Source: Podarcis liolepis (taxonomy: Eukaryota). From it: DNA of 64,000 nt. The DNA lies in NCBI GenBank assembly GCA_965112155.1, contig OZ218107.1; one strand, given 5' to 3'. This document shows positions 1 through 53,320 of this stretch, piece by piece. Position numbers and translations under genes: made by a program. Below the pieces are notes generated by a model, which had not been told where the DNA came from, did not search any database, and saw only the letters and a program-made list of their open reading frames with translations. The first letter of the stretch is position 1. Every line of letters begins with the position of its first letter.

Positions 1-490
1 GCGAATGCAGAAACAGGTTAGGGATGCACTGCAACAGAAGTTAGTGTTGAATGCTGACCTGACAACACACCAGTGCTCTGGCCTTGTTATAACCATAGTT
101 GGCTTGTACTAGAAATGCTTCGTTTCAGCCTCCAAGACAAAATAGAAGGTCAATACTGTAGTAAGTTGGAGAGGTTGAAGTGGGAGCTTAATCTATGGCA
201 CAAAACTTCTATGGTCCACAGCACATGCCAACTATTTACTTTATTGCTGCCTCCTGATCTTATCAAGCTATGCAGACCAGTAATTTCTGCAATAGATCCC
301 ATTTAAAAATTAACTTCCTTCCGATACAACATTTGCAGTTGCATGAAACAGGGTTACCAGCTAAACTGAGGTCTTTCATTCCTAAAACCATTTAGAGAAA
401 TCTCAGGATTCCAGCTAAAAGAACACAAAGGAAAATTTATTGCTTTTCCTAATTTCCACGTAGACATTTAATTCCATGACCAAGGCCTTA

Positions 491-40005
<39,515 letters not shown>

Positions 40006-41444
40006 GGTGGTTTATAACCAGGGACCTATGAAAAGAAGAAGTTGCAATGTTATTACCTTGCCAACATTTTGACGCTACAACATTTGAGTCATCTGAATTA
40101 GGCACCAGTTCCCTCACCAACACAGATTTCAAATATTTGACCATGTTACTGCTTAAATGCCATGCAATCATTAGAAGTAGGCTCATGTTGTCAGCTTAAA
40201 CACTCTATAGAGGCAAGAACACTAGAGATGACTGAATAGATATTTTAGGTCCTTGTAAAGGGGTTCTGAGTAGACAAGGCCATTGACTCCAAGTTGCATG
40301 CCCAGATAAACTATTCACCTATTGCTTCCCCACAGATTCATTAGCCCCTGTGGGTCACAAATAGGCAGTGACCGGATGCATAAAAGAATCCAATTACTCA
40401 AGCAAGCAAGCAAGCTTGAAGGCACACACAAGAAGCTGGCAACTACATATCAACACAATGTGGTAGTGCTACAATTAGCCTCCTCCCCCTAGGCCTTAAC
40501 TAGACTGGGGGGGCAGCTTCACATAGTCAAAGTGGTTTCCCCCTCAGTTAAAAACAGCTATTTAAAATGGGTGGGTCACACCTGAGGAGAATATACACGT
40601 TCTACCCCAATGAAACTGCAAAATGATATTAAGTTATGCCAAATCATAGGAAATACAGAGATGAAAAACTTGCTAAGGTTAATAACTTTTCAGTAGTTAT
40701 GATACAACCCGATTTCTTATCAACATTTGTCAGTTCCCTGGAACAAATGTAAGATATCTGAAGAAATACTGACTAAGTCTACAGTGGTCTACAGTTATTT
40801 ACAGCATACAGCAGCTATTTACAGACTGGCACCCCTAGCATGGGTAGGAAAGCAGGTAGTTTTTTCTTCCTATCTAGAAATTAGAATTCCTTTCTTTGCT
40901 ATTACGCCTACAAATGATTAACTTGGGCCGCCAGCCTCACTCAATCCCTTGTGGCATCTGTTAATAGCCTGAAAGTAAAAGTAAAACCTCCAGGCTGGCA
41001 GGAGACTCACCCTGACTAGAGCAGGGGTGTGAGATTAGAAAAAAGTGGCTGCCAGGTAGCCACTTCTATTTTTCAACAAGGAGAAAAAAACCTCAGAACT
41101 ACTTTAGGAGGTGAAAGGCAAAGTAATTTTATACTTGCCACTTTATGTGGCTCACTATGCAACACAAGTGTTCCATTGTATTAGGTATTTCAAAAACTTA
41201 CAAATTTCCTGTCTCTCTGCATTGTGTGTGCATGCATACAGCTGTCAAGAACCAAGCTTTTTAGCCAGCCTTTGCACACCACAGTGTCAATACTGCTGCA
41301 TGCTGCTAGCCAAAGCTGCCCATGAAGACATTTAGAATAAAAGTGGTCTCCCTACAGAGTCAACCAAGTTACAAAATAGTTGCTAAACTGCAGCAAGACT
41401 TGTTCAAGGACGTACTGTGGATATACGTTTCCATTAAGCCTTTC

Positions 41445-41445
41445 A

Positions 41446-41500
<55 letters not shown>
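41445..41500. repeat. (AAAG)14 microsatellite
   Basis: Directly visible. Confidence 0.95.
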
Positions 41501-41501
<1 letters not shown>

Positions 41502-41630
41502 AAAAGCCATCAGTTTTATGTCACCTTAGTCTCAAAAGCAAGTATTTAGATAGCTTGCATTCACCTAAATATGCATTTACTTATGATTAACCATGCAAAC
41601 AAGGCACTTTGGATTTTGCTAGAAATTGAA

Positions 41631-41706
41631 AACATAATAGGAGTCTGCTGGATCAGGCCAATCGCCCATCTAGTCCAACATCCTCTCACAGTGACGAACC
41701 AGATGC
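41631..41706 (-). mobile_element. CR1 LINE 3'-end fragment
   Basis: Minus strand GGACTAGATGGGCGATTGGCCTGATCCAGCAGACTCCTATTATGTT resembles the squamate CR1 3' terminus (recalled, not searched). Confidence 0.5.
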
Positions 41707-43835
41707 AAATTAGAAGCAATTAAACAGGAATAATGTGCTGGGGCTATATTTAATACAATAAAACCAATGTGAAGCTCCTACTGGCAGAATTTGCTGGAGA
41801 CATCAAAAAGTTACATTATGTAAAACCCAATAAAAGCTCTTCAAACAAACAAGAACTATCCTAGAGCCAAGTATTTCCAGTGATACACCATGCTTCATGA
41901 TGCCTAATCATAGTGTTGGAGCCAAAAATATGCCACAGGTCTTTGCTAAAATAGGAGAAAACTCTGGTGATTTAGGTCCATAAATTTGTCACTCAGGAGC
42001 CAAAGGAAAAGGTGGGGAATAATTCATTGTACTGTATTCAGAATTGTATCAAGACAACAGCTGCAGTCTAAACTTCTGCTACACAGCTTCCTGCAATTGC
42101 AACTTCCAAGAATCTAACTACTTGCCTTTTTTGGCCATAATTGAGCAAGACACACCAGGAGAATGAGCGCTTCCAGCTGAATTTGGTTACTTTCAGTTTC
42201 ATCATTTCCTGAAAACTAACTGAAGAGCTGTATAGTCAGCTTAAAATATTCTTCTATTTCTTTAGGCCCTTTCTGCTTAGAATACATCTGGCATGGTTTT
42301 GTCATTCCTCATGCCTTCAGAGAAAAAGAGTTATTTTGGTTGACAGCCTTTGAGATGCATGACATTCTGGAAATTTTACTTCCATGTCCTGTGCACAGTC
42401 TAAGTCACTAGGTATCTTCAGCAGCAAGGACCTAGCATTGAAATTCAAATCCCATAAGCCCCTGGCAGCTGTGCCAATGAGCGGGGGCAATGGGAGTTGC
42501 AGTCTAACGGCATCTAGCAGGCCACAGTTTTTCCACCTCGCCTGCCCCAGCAGCACATAAATCTATTTCTCCCCATCTTAGCAGAGAAGGGGCCCCTGTT
42601 GTAATACTGTTCACAAAGACTACCAGTTACTCGAGTTCACTTTTTCCGAGAAGTAATTGGCAAACATTTCCAAATCATAATACAAATTATGAAGAACTGA
42701 AAAGATTATTTGGGGGAGGGGCATTCTTACAGCAGTGGAATTATACCAACATATCCATACATTTCACAAACAGGTGTGTGCCAAACTGTGTGTGCAGTCA
42801 GGTACGTGAAAAGCCTTAAGAGTGAACAGAAACTGGGCTCAGGTTCTACTAGAATAGTTTATGAGCTCTGATCCAGGTAACAGATCCAATAGCAACCATA
42901 ATCTTATTAGGCGTTTCTCAGGGAGCCACATCATGTACAGCCATGGGGGAATATTAAACATGCTCCTGAGCACACACCAAATTCACACAGAAGGTGGCAA
43001 GACTGAAAAGACCTAGCCAGCATAAGGAGAGAAGGAACCTTGGAGTGTTTTCAGAATCCGCTTTAGTTCACAGGGCTTCTGTGAAAGACAAATCTATGTG
43101 TTCCTTGACTATAGGACATTTGAAAACCAAAAAAGGAACTATTAATGTCTGTCATTACTAAATGCAAAAAGAAGAGTGCAAACAACAGAGTAAGGGTGGG
43201 ACAATGTCTATAAGATGAACAGCAAGGGACCAAGAAAAGGAAAAATGTTAGACCTTCCTTAAGTCACACATATGATGATCTAGTAGAGACTGTAAGCTTT
43301 AACAGGAAATGGCAACAGGCCAGTTGTAAGATGTGAAAAAGCTCACACCACATCCTGACAGCAATTATCAGCAGTACACCAAGTGACACACACTAGTTAT
43401 CATACACCCTAACTGAACCAATTGCCCCTTTATGCTGTCACAACTATGAGTTCTCTCCATGGAATAACTTGGATTCTGTACTTATTTTTCTTTCTTTCTT
43501 TATGTCCATTTTGTTATTGGTTGTCACCTGTTAAATATATTTTTAAAAAATGCATTATTAAAAACAACTATGTTACCTAATTTAGTGTTCCATACTTAGT
43601 GAAAGTCAGCTCTAACACAGGTCCGTATTGTCTACTTCCAGAAAAGGTAACTTATTAAACACTGAATGTATGCTGGAAAAATGCTGAGAGATCAAAGACT
43701 GCACCTTATCGGTATCATTAACATGATCTGCACATCACTTTATCAGCATTATGAGCTGTGAAAAGGTACCACATTTTAACCAACTGTTGAATGTTTATCA
43801 CAGGAAACACTTTTCAACCATACAAGTCCACTTGA

Positions 43836-43982
43836 ACAGAATTGCTTTTGGGACTCTGCCATTGCTCAACAAGGTCAGTAAATTAATATAAAAGACCATA
43901 AGCAACAAATCTGCTTAACAAACAGGAAATTTGGTCTCAGACTGACAGGGGTATGGTACTTGAATGTGTCCAATGAATATTA
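43836..43982 (+). repeat. Dispersed direct repeat, copy 1 (copy 2 at 46132-46273)
   Basis: First 33 nt identical, remainder clearly alignable with a small indel. Confidence 0.9.
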
Positions 43983-44014
43983 TGTCTGCTTTCAAGAAAA
44001 TTATATTTTATATT

Positions 44015-44015
<1 letters not shown>

Positions 44016-44046
<31 letters not shown>
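44016..44046. repeat. (CG)n(CA)n alternating purine-pyrimidine tract
   Basis: cgcgcgcgcacacaca...; directly visible. Confidence 0.9.
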
Positions 44047-45155
44047 GGCATAGGATTTAGTTAAAGGGGGTGGAATAACTGTTCAAGTTCGCAGCACACA
44101 TTTATTTGTAGCACATCATATTTTCCCCTTCTTCCTTTTTTTTTTTTTTTGCTTGCTAGTGATGCTGCTCCATTTTTATCAATGCAGAACAGATTTTTGA
44201 CCATTTGAGTATTTGCTAGTTAATGTGTTTTTTCAGGAATTTTCTTTCAACTTAAAGCAGCTTTCCCCACCTGATGCCCCCCAGATGTTTTGGACAAAGA
44301 TTCTCAACAACCCTGACCATGACCATGTTGGAGGGCACTGGGTTGAGGAGTGCTCTCCCAGCACTATTTTTTAATTTTATTTTTTTGAATGGAAGCCAAG
44401 TTTCTTAAGATGTTAAAGGTGCACAGACTCTCCAATGAAGGAGCTGCTGAATCCCCTACTCTAAGCAAGCATTATCTTACTGGATACCTCCTGCTGTACA
44501 CTAAGATGATACAAGTTAGTGGAAGCCAACATAAATGTTAAACTGAACAGTAAAACTCAACTAAGAAAGAAGTTTGGGTCCACTATGCAGAATCCAGCTT
44601 GTTCCTAGAACTGATCTGCTAATTACAGATATGGCATCAACATCTGCAGTCATGGCGGAACGCTAAACAGCAAGAGTATTGGGCAGGTAGCCACCCCTTT
44701 GATGTTGAAAGAGACCATAATGAGATTTGCTGGAGCACATGCAACAGCAGTAGTTTGGGAGAGACTCTTTCCTGTGCTCCTGCCCACTGGGCTCTTTACC
44801 ATTCTATTGTAAAGCTGGGCTAGTTACAGGTGTGTGGTCCCTGTTACCATCCAGACTTTGATTCAGTCATATCCAAGACATCTAGAAGCAACTCAGATCA
44901 TCTCAAGCATGTAGGGTTAAGGGAGACTGTAGGGCATTTCAGCATTCTCAGAGCAAACATTTCTTTCTCACGTAAGCAAAAAAACATTTCAAATGAAGCA
45001 CCTTCACCTTCCTTTACTCATAATAGGTGAGAGGAGTTGCATCTTAGTCTAGCCATGCATGCAGACATTACAAAAGTTAATTAACACCATAATCAGCCAT
45101 GGGAGGGAATACAAATGCAGCCTCTGTGGTGCATATATTTGATGGAGGCATATGG

Positions 45156-45290
45156 CAGGAATGGGCAAACTTTGACACACCCCACACAGATGCTGCTGGA
45201 CTACAGCCTTGACGACTGGACTATGTCAACTAGGGTTGATGGGACTTTGAGCCCAACAACATCTGGAAGGCCACAGGTTCCGCATCCCTG
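45156..45290. mobile_element. Old hAT-type MITE family (further copies ~42440-42545, ~44260-44345, ~50765-50900, ~56855-56988)
   Basis: Shared core ccagatgtt..gactaca...gatggga...caacatctggaaggccacaggttcc and cagg...ccctg ends. Confidence 0.6.
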
Positions 45291-46131
45291 CTCCAAAGAG
45301 TCACATATATTCCCAGTAATCCTTACAGTCACCTTGTTAGGGTAGGTTGTTGTTCTCCTATTTAAAATGGGAAGTCAAGAGAACACAGAACTGTATAAGA
45401 GCCAAACTGGTCATGACAACAGTAGACTCATGCATGACTACCAAATTCTAACAGAAGGTGGAAAGTGAACTCTTCTTACTAAATCACCTCCCCCAATATG
45501 TTCCCCCTTGCTGCAAAGGGTAAAAGCAGCTTGCGCAAGAAGAGTGTGGTAACAGTAAGGATTTGGCAAACGTCTCACCCAGCCATAACACAGAGTTGCG
45601 ACACACAATTAGTATTCTGCAGAATCTGAGCTGCACTGTGCCACCTACTGGGTATGTAACCAAACGATGGCATTCGAACCAGGGATTTCCTAGTTCACCA
45701 GCGCCCCACCCACCTTCCCATAGTTATACCATGCACCCCACACACTGTGGAACCTGTATCTCTATTTTAGGGAACATTTCAATACACTATTTGCTGAACA
45801 TGCACAAGAGATCCTTTCTCAACTCCTGAGCTTTCTACAGGATCCAGGTGTTTCAGATGAAGGCTGACAACTGAATAACCATCTGCACCACAAGACTGGG
45901 AAGGAGAGGGTGAGATACAGTCTACCTTTCAGGAATATAGACGTTCCATTTGCTGAACCCTTTCTGCAGGATTTCTAGTATTAAAGGTTTGTGAGAACCT
46001 GCCCCCTGAAAAAGTAAAGCTTCCTTTAGGCTTCAGAAGCATCTGGAAAAACAGGACACACTGCTTGCCGTTTATTTCTCCAGTACTATTTGTATTACCC
46101 CCTTGGCCTACTGTTTACTTTATCAGTGGCC

Positions 46132-46273
46132 ACAGAATTGCTTTTGGGACTCTGCCATTGCTCATCAAGGTCAGCACATTAATATAAAAGAGTATAAGCA
46201 GAAAGACTGCTTAACAAACAGGAAATTTTGTCTCTAAATGACCATGCTACTTGAATGTATCCAATGAATATTA
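46132..46273 (+). repeat. Dispersed direct repeat, copy 2
   Basis: Aligns to 43836-43982. Confidence 0.9.
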
Positions 46274-46526
46274 ACCCACACAGTTTTTCCTGATTTAAGC
46301 ATTGCACACTCTTGCAAATAGGTAACAGCACAGCATGCCCCAGGCAAAGTTGCTGGAGAGTGAGAAGACAATAACCTTTTCAGTTGTAGTTAAAGCCTCA
46401 TCTTCAGGGAAAGATGACAGTTCATTTTTACCAGTTTGGAGTATTTAACTATTGAGCCCTAATAGGACCTAAGCAGTTAGTTCTTTCCCACCTAAATCAA
46501 ATGCAAAGCCTTGCAACAGAATAGCC

Positions 46527-46600
46527 CAGGGGTCTGCAACCCGCGGCTCCGGAGCCGCATGTGGCTCTTTTACACCTTTGCCGCGGCTCCGGGGCGGATA
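46527..46600. mobile_element. hAT transposon terminal fragment
   Basis: CAGGGGTCTGCAACCCGCGGCTCCGGAGCCGCATGTGGCTC: Charlie-like terminus with CpG-rich subterminal palindrome; no matching other end seen. Confidence 0.5.
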
Positions 46601-47675
46601 CTAGCAAGGGGAGGAGGTGCATTGTGCGCCCCGACACTGCCCACTGTGGAAATGAAGTCTGTAATGAAATTTCTGAGGGAAAGTTGTTCCCAGAGTTATA
46701 CTGCACTTGGTTCTGATGGAACCAAGCTTCTATTGCTCAAGCAGTCTGAGCACGGTTTGCTCAAGTGTAAGGGGGAGGGGGAAGCAGTAAGATATAATTA
46801 CACAGCAAATGCTACCTAACTGGTAAGTGCAGTGTGTAGGTTAAGCAAGGGGTGAGGTGGTGAAAGTGCACTATGTGATCATGATCTCAAACCTATTGCT
46901 TACAGGACAAAGCCCGATTCACTGGGTATTCTCCTGAATCTGTGGAGAAACTGAGCCTCTGATTCTCAGGAGCAACACATTCAATTACTCTCAAAATCTG
47001 AAGCACACAAACTACAGTACTTAAAGACAGAGGCATGTAGAAATTTCTACAGCTTATAAAGATGTTTGAGCTTCATTTGTCAAACATGGCAAAAGCAAAT
47101 TCATGTCTCACATTTCCTTTGGACATGCAAAGTTGTCATCTGAAGTCTTTATGCCCAATTTTCTCCAATTTAATTGTACGTGGGGGCATTGCTGTATTCC
47201 CCATACCTGTGCATTCTGTAACACAGAGCAATTGAAGCAGAGAAATCTGTTGAAAGTACTCAGTGATTAATTGAGGTGACAAGTACAACAGTACACTCCT
47301 TGACTTTTGAAATTATGAAATGAGAGGCACTCTGATTAGCAATATCCTGTTGCTGATGTTGCGCAGTAAAAAAGGAGTCAGAGCAACTGAAAATTAGTTG
47401 CAAGATCAAAATTGAATGCTGAGTTGGGAGAACCACATTATAACACAAGTGAGAAGCCAGAGGGCTCTATAGTTCACAAGTTCAAGTTGCTCCTCATACA
47501 GGCACAGCCTTTGTTTCAATGATAGGTATTTCACAACACTCACATACACACACACTTTTTTATAAAAGCAATGTTAACTGCAATGAGGCACCTTTCTGTG
47601 ACAGTGGGAAAAAATAACTGTCAAGGCTTTCACACAAACTAAATATGGTGTGTCACAATAATATTTGATAAGTAG

Positions 47676-47762
47676 TGCAATCCTATACAGGTTTACTCAG
47701 AAGCAAGGCCCAGTGAGTTGAGTGGAACTAATACCTAGGTAAGTAAGCATAGGATTGCAGCC
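47676..47762. mobile_element. Short palindromic MITE (related copy ~5608-5695)
   Basis: tgcaatcctat...ataggattgca arms. Confidence 0.55.
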
Positions 47763-50700
47763 TTAAGTAACTGTTAAAGTCTCTCTCTCCAGGAATCTGA
47801 GCTCTTTCTCAACATTCAAGTAGTCTACTTTTTTTTACTTTTTTTTTCTTCTTTTTTTTTTTTGCAGCTGTATGGTACTTGGATGCACTACTTCAGAGCA
47901 CTCATTTTTAAGTTTAGTTCATTATCCCAGGGTACAGGGCTGCCACCACTCAAAAATATGAACTGCATTATTCACTTGGTGTCAAGCAAGTTCTGCACTA
48001 AGGAAATATAAATTGTATATGCCACAACACGAAATACGTGTGAAAATTTAACTGGCATAAACCTCTTGGTATCAGTGTGGTTGCAAGGGAGGGTCCACAA
48101 ATTACCTATATTGGAAAGACAGTAGCAATTCTGCCATTTTACGCAGAAACAGAAGATGCAACCCAAGCCATATGGTTCACATGTTAAGATTATCCCCATA
48201 TTCTGGCCCTATTGGTTGCAACTGTTAACACAAAATTAACAGACTCTTCTTAAAAGTTCACATCACTTTAAATTTAGAAGTCATCTTTCCCTTCATAATG
48301 AATTGTTCGGCTTTTGCTGCTTCCCAATTCTTAGATTAAATAATTATATTATTTAACCATTTCCTTCTTCCACTCTTCCCGACTCACCTCTACAGGACTT
48401 GAGGAATGCCAGCTGCAGACCAACAAGTCATTACTAGCCTCTGTATGGTATCAAAGGGAAACATTCTTATAACAGGAGGCAAGGGAAACCCATGATTGGG
48501 CTTTTCTTCTCAGAAGGCTTGCGACTGGTTAACTAGAGAGCCCATGCAAACTTCGATGGGCTCGTGGTTACAACAAAAACAGAAGTACCCCTGCAAACAG
48601 ATTAGGATATTGGGGGGTGGGGCGGGGTACTACTGCCAAGGCAAAATACTTTGCATTCAAAGCTAGGAAAGCTATTTGCACAATTGTATTTCTTAAGAAT
48701 CATGTTTTGCCCTTAATCATGTTTTGTCTTACCACCCTTTCCCCACACAATCACCATTGCTGAAATACAGAAGTGCAATGGCAGGGGTGGAAAAGTGGTA
48801 TGGAAACGCCACAGTAGTGACAGGCCATTCCTGCCATTACAAACCAACTGCAGAGTTAAGTCCTAGGACACGTTGCACTCAAGAGTGAAGCTGATATTAA
48901 TTAGTTCAGCTTACAGAGTATGGGAACTGGTGCATGGAAATAGCATATTGTGTTATGGGGAGGGGTGCAGAGGTGGTTATTAGTTTCAAACTCCATCTGC
49001 AGCACACTTAAGCCCAACTGGCAGCAACCCAAAGCTTAAAAAGTTTGGAATATATCTTATTCCAAGCTAAATGTAGCATAGTATGCTTTCTGAAACTGTT
49101 GTTTCCTATTACCATGTGTGCAGTACATGCCTTCTCAGCATAGGAAAGAGACAGCATGCCCACAAGGAAAACATTCCAGAGGGAGAACACATTCTTCATG
49201 ACCACTCAGTAGAGTAATCCCACTTTAAGATGACAGCAGTGGCTTCAGAGACTCCAGCCCAGCCCTGCTGCTCAAAGGGTTTGGTTTAGAGTTCACCATG
49301 TCTCCCTGGGCAACAGGATCTTAAGAGACAGGCCTGGGACATTGCACAAGATGACAATATTGAAGCAAAAGTTCCTATCCCCGCAGGCTTTGAGTGCTCA
49401 GCATAGGAGCCCAAAGTACTGCCAACAATACCTCCACAGCAGATCAGAGCCAATAACTAAACGCTTCCCTGCTGTGCCACAGGTAGAAACACTATTCCCA
49501 TTTACTTAGATTTGAAAGCAAGGCTGCCTCTTCTGCTGGTTTTACCATCCCAGTCGAGTTCATGCAAGACGTATGTCAGAGTCAACACCCCTCCCATCTA
49601 TGATCATGCCTTCTCATTCTTTCACGGACTCTGCAATTTGCATCAATGCTAAGCTTCTTTCTTCTAAAGCACTCTCTCTTCATGGACATTTCTTCTGTAT
49701 CATCTTTCTGGTCCACATTTAAGTGCAAAAGCCTGATACCTGACACAAGCAGCAGTAGCTCCTTCTCTCTGAATGCAGACCACCACTATCCCAGGAGCAG
49801 ACAGAAAAGTAGGGCAAGTGGTTTCTAACGGATCAAGAGCAGGAAGGAGGAGGCTGTTGGCATTCCCCACAAGTGATTTTCTTCATGAATTGAATTCATT
49901 TCTATCTGAGGGCCAGGATAGGACCAAAGCAGATCCAACATTAGTACTGTCTGGCTCAGATTGGAACAAGGATCTGCCGCACCCTCAACAACCTTTTTTT
50001 TAAAAAAATGCCACTGATCCTGAACTTCTCGTGACCACAAAGGAAACAAGCTAATAATTGTCCATGATCAGGAATCTATGGCTACACCATTGCCTTTTCA
50101 TGTTGTAATGATAATCCCTCATTTCCTGCTCCATTATGAGTTTTATAAGGTCTGGCAACTTGGCTAAAGTGACAGCTAGTTTCATAGGAAAGCCAGCCTC
50201 AGGCTCTTGGGACTATAACTATTTTTAATCACTAGTTCTAGATAGCAGCAGCAGCTCTGAACATTCAGTGTCATCAGAGTATCTTAAGCAACTAAAGCTC
50301 TCCAAAATTTCAATACAGAATTATAATCATATACAACTTTTTAAAAGCCTTGTGACCACCTACTCAGAAATGTTACCTATGCCTTTGGCCCAGCCCTTTG
50401 CCATCTGCCAGCACTACTTTCCTGGGATGTTCCCTCATCCAAAAGCAAGTGTTGGTCCAACGCAAAGGAGAAATGTTGTGCACAAAGACATTCCAGCGAC
50501 CATTCCTGGCCCAGCCTCCCTTCTTTACTGCATGCCCCTGGACACAAACAAATGGGCTAAACTGCAGTTGCAAGCTTGTTTTTAAGATAACCTAAAGGCC
50601 ATAAACAGCTTGGGAGCCTCCAATAAAGAAATGCTTGTAACTGGGACTGCTGAAGACATAGGTGAAAGGTAAAAAGTTAGCTAGTCACTTTTCAGCCATG

Positions 50701-52975
50701 TTTTGTCAAACGTCTACTTCTAGAGAAGTTTATGAACATTAGGTAGTACAAGATTCCCTAGACCTGCCTTCCTTCCCCAGTCTGGTACCCTCCATATGTT
50801 GTGGACTATGGTACATCTCCTATTGTTCCTGATCCTTAGCCATGCTGGTTAGGCCTGATGGAAATTGTAATCCAATGCATTTGGAAGGCACCAACTGGGA
50901 AAGAGTACCCCAACTATTTGCCCCTCATTTTGGAAAAACATTGTTGAAGACTCCTGCAAGATGTACATATGGCAAGCAATAGGATGGAGGGGAACCCAAG
51001 GACTAAAGGCTCAGTTACAGCCAGGAGAAACAAAAAAGAGCAGTTCAGGGGATGAGAACAGTTTAAGAATAAGATAGAGTAGCTTGGAGGTCTGGGCAAG
51101 ACTGTAACTGGAAGCTGGAACAGCAGTGCCTAAAAATACCATTTCTAAGAAAAAGTTCTTAGTGGATCTCTCAGCTGTGCTTCCTCATATCAGACAACAA
51201 GAAAAAAGGCATTAGGGGCTGTATCCAGTGCTTGAGTAGACGCATAGAAATGAATGCCCTTGACTAACTTAGGTCCATTAATTTCAGTGGGTGTGCTCTG
51301 AATAGAACTTGGTTGGATACAACCCATAATACTATTTGTGTTGTATCGCAACTTGCTCTTCAAACACATGTAGCAGGTTTGTGCAAGCACACTATTAAAC
51401 AATATGAAATGTGGGAAAACAGCTAGTTAAGAGGAAACAAGAAGAAATTTTATGCAGGCTGGAGCCATGGAAGTACTCAAAGGCTTTACTATATATATAT
51501 TATTCCCAAGGCTTTCATGATGCATGCCCAAGCAGCTTCAGCACTACTGTATAGCACAAAAGTCGTCCCTCTTCATTTCATCTATAGTAACCTGAGGGAT
51601 AACTAAGATACCTAGTCTGTGCACATTAACATCAAGTCTAGACTTTAAATACCTTGCATAATACTGCACAAAATGAAAAATAAGTCCCATAGTGTAGTCC
51701 AGCAATTGCAACTTCACTCTACTTGAAAGGAACTTCATAGCCAACAGTGGTAAGGAGCAGGGCTTACCTGCTAAGCTAATTGAGTTGAAGGCATTTTCTA
51801 ACTGGTCTGAATAATTTCAAGTGCCACTGTCAAACTGATTAGTGATTATGCAAAATCTACCACTAACAGCATCTTAGGGCAATATTAGACACTGCAGCAG
51901 TTGTGTGGGTTTAATCTTGGAGTGGCCTCATCACATATTTTGGGAGAGGACACACTGATCAAGGGGTTCAACCCTTCCTGAATATGTTGCAGCTCCTCTC
52001 CCCAGCTGCTTCTCACACAGCAAAGATGGTATTGGAGTGCTTCTGTGAGAAGGACTCACCCACATTTTCTATTAGCAGTCACTTTGGTTGAATTAAAAGC
52101 ATACAGTAATACCAACAGGCTTATGTCTGAAGACACAAGGTTCTCAATTAGAACTTCAAAGTTTTTGCTGAAGATATGTATTCATCCACGGGGGGGAAAA
52201 TGTGGTTGTTTCAATCAGGTGAGTAGATGAAATGTACTATTTTAGAGATACTAAAGATAATCTTTGCATTCATCTAAATCTTATCAACTGCATTTGAATG
52301 TGTTTGGAAGAAATTCCCATGATTTTCAAAGGAACTCATTTTCAAGCATTTAATTAAATTTAGGATACTGTCATTGGAAGTAAGTTGGATGAAGTGGTAG
52401 CCTGGTACAAAAGTTAGCAAACTCATGAAAGATTGCACATTCTGTATTTAACATTCTGTATTTGCAGCAACCTCTTAACAGAGCAGTAGGTCACTAGAAC
52501 TTTTAGAATCTTTGGGTTCCCAAACTACAAGTGGTCGACAAGTTTCATTCAAGTGGCCCAGTGTGTCTAAAAATACAATTAAAATCATACACCATCTAGC
52601 ACAGCATAATCATTACAATTGCTCTAAGAGGCAGGAGAATCATTAAGTGGTCTGCCAAGGCCCTCAGCAATGTTCAAGTGGTCTCAGAGGGAAAAGGTTT
52701 GGGAACCACTACTATAGACTAATGAAAATTGGTACTGGGATCCATGTTGTTTAAACTACCCTAGTCCAAGGCAGGCAATAATTTTTTTACTGTATGCAGA
52801 ACCATTTGGATCCTCTTGTTAAACCTATCTCAGAGCCCATGCCTAATTGGTGTATGGATAACCAATTCAAGATAGCCCTATATAGCATACTGTCTTAGGC
52901 TTGGGTAAAGGCCTGAGTGTGCTGTGACTTTTCCCATTTCCTCAAAATACACAGGGAAGCAGTGTTTGCAGGATA

Positions 52976-53320
52976 AAAGGTAAAGGGACCCCTGACCATT
53001 AGGTCCAGTTGCGGACGACTCTGGGGTTGCGGCGCTCATCTCGCTTTATTGGCCGAGGGAGCCGGCGTACAGCTTCCGGGTCATGTGGCCAGCATGACTA
53101 AGCCGCTTCTGGCGAACCAGAGCAGTGCATGGAAATGCTGTTTACCTTTCCACCAAAGCGGTACCTATTTATCTACTTGCACTTTGACGTGCTTTCGAAC
53201 TGCTAGGTTGGCAGGAGCAGGGACTGAGCAACAGGAGCTCACCTCATCGCGGGGATTTGAACCGCCGACCTTCTGATTGGCAATCCCTAGGCTCTGTGGT
53301 TTAACCCACAGCGCCACCCG
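52976..53320 (-). mobile_element. Near full-length Sauria SINE in intron 1
   Basis: Highly similar to 36301-36647; TSD (G)CAGGATA at 52968-52975 and 53320-53327. Confidence 0.92.
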
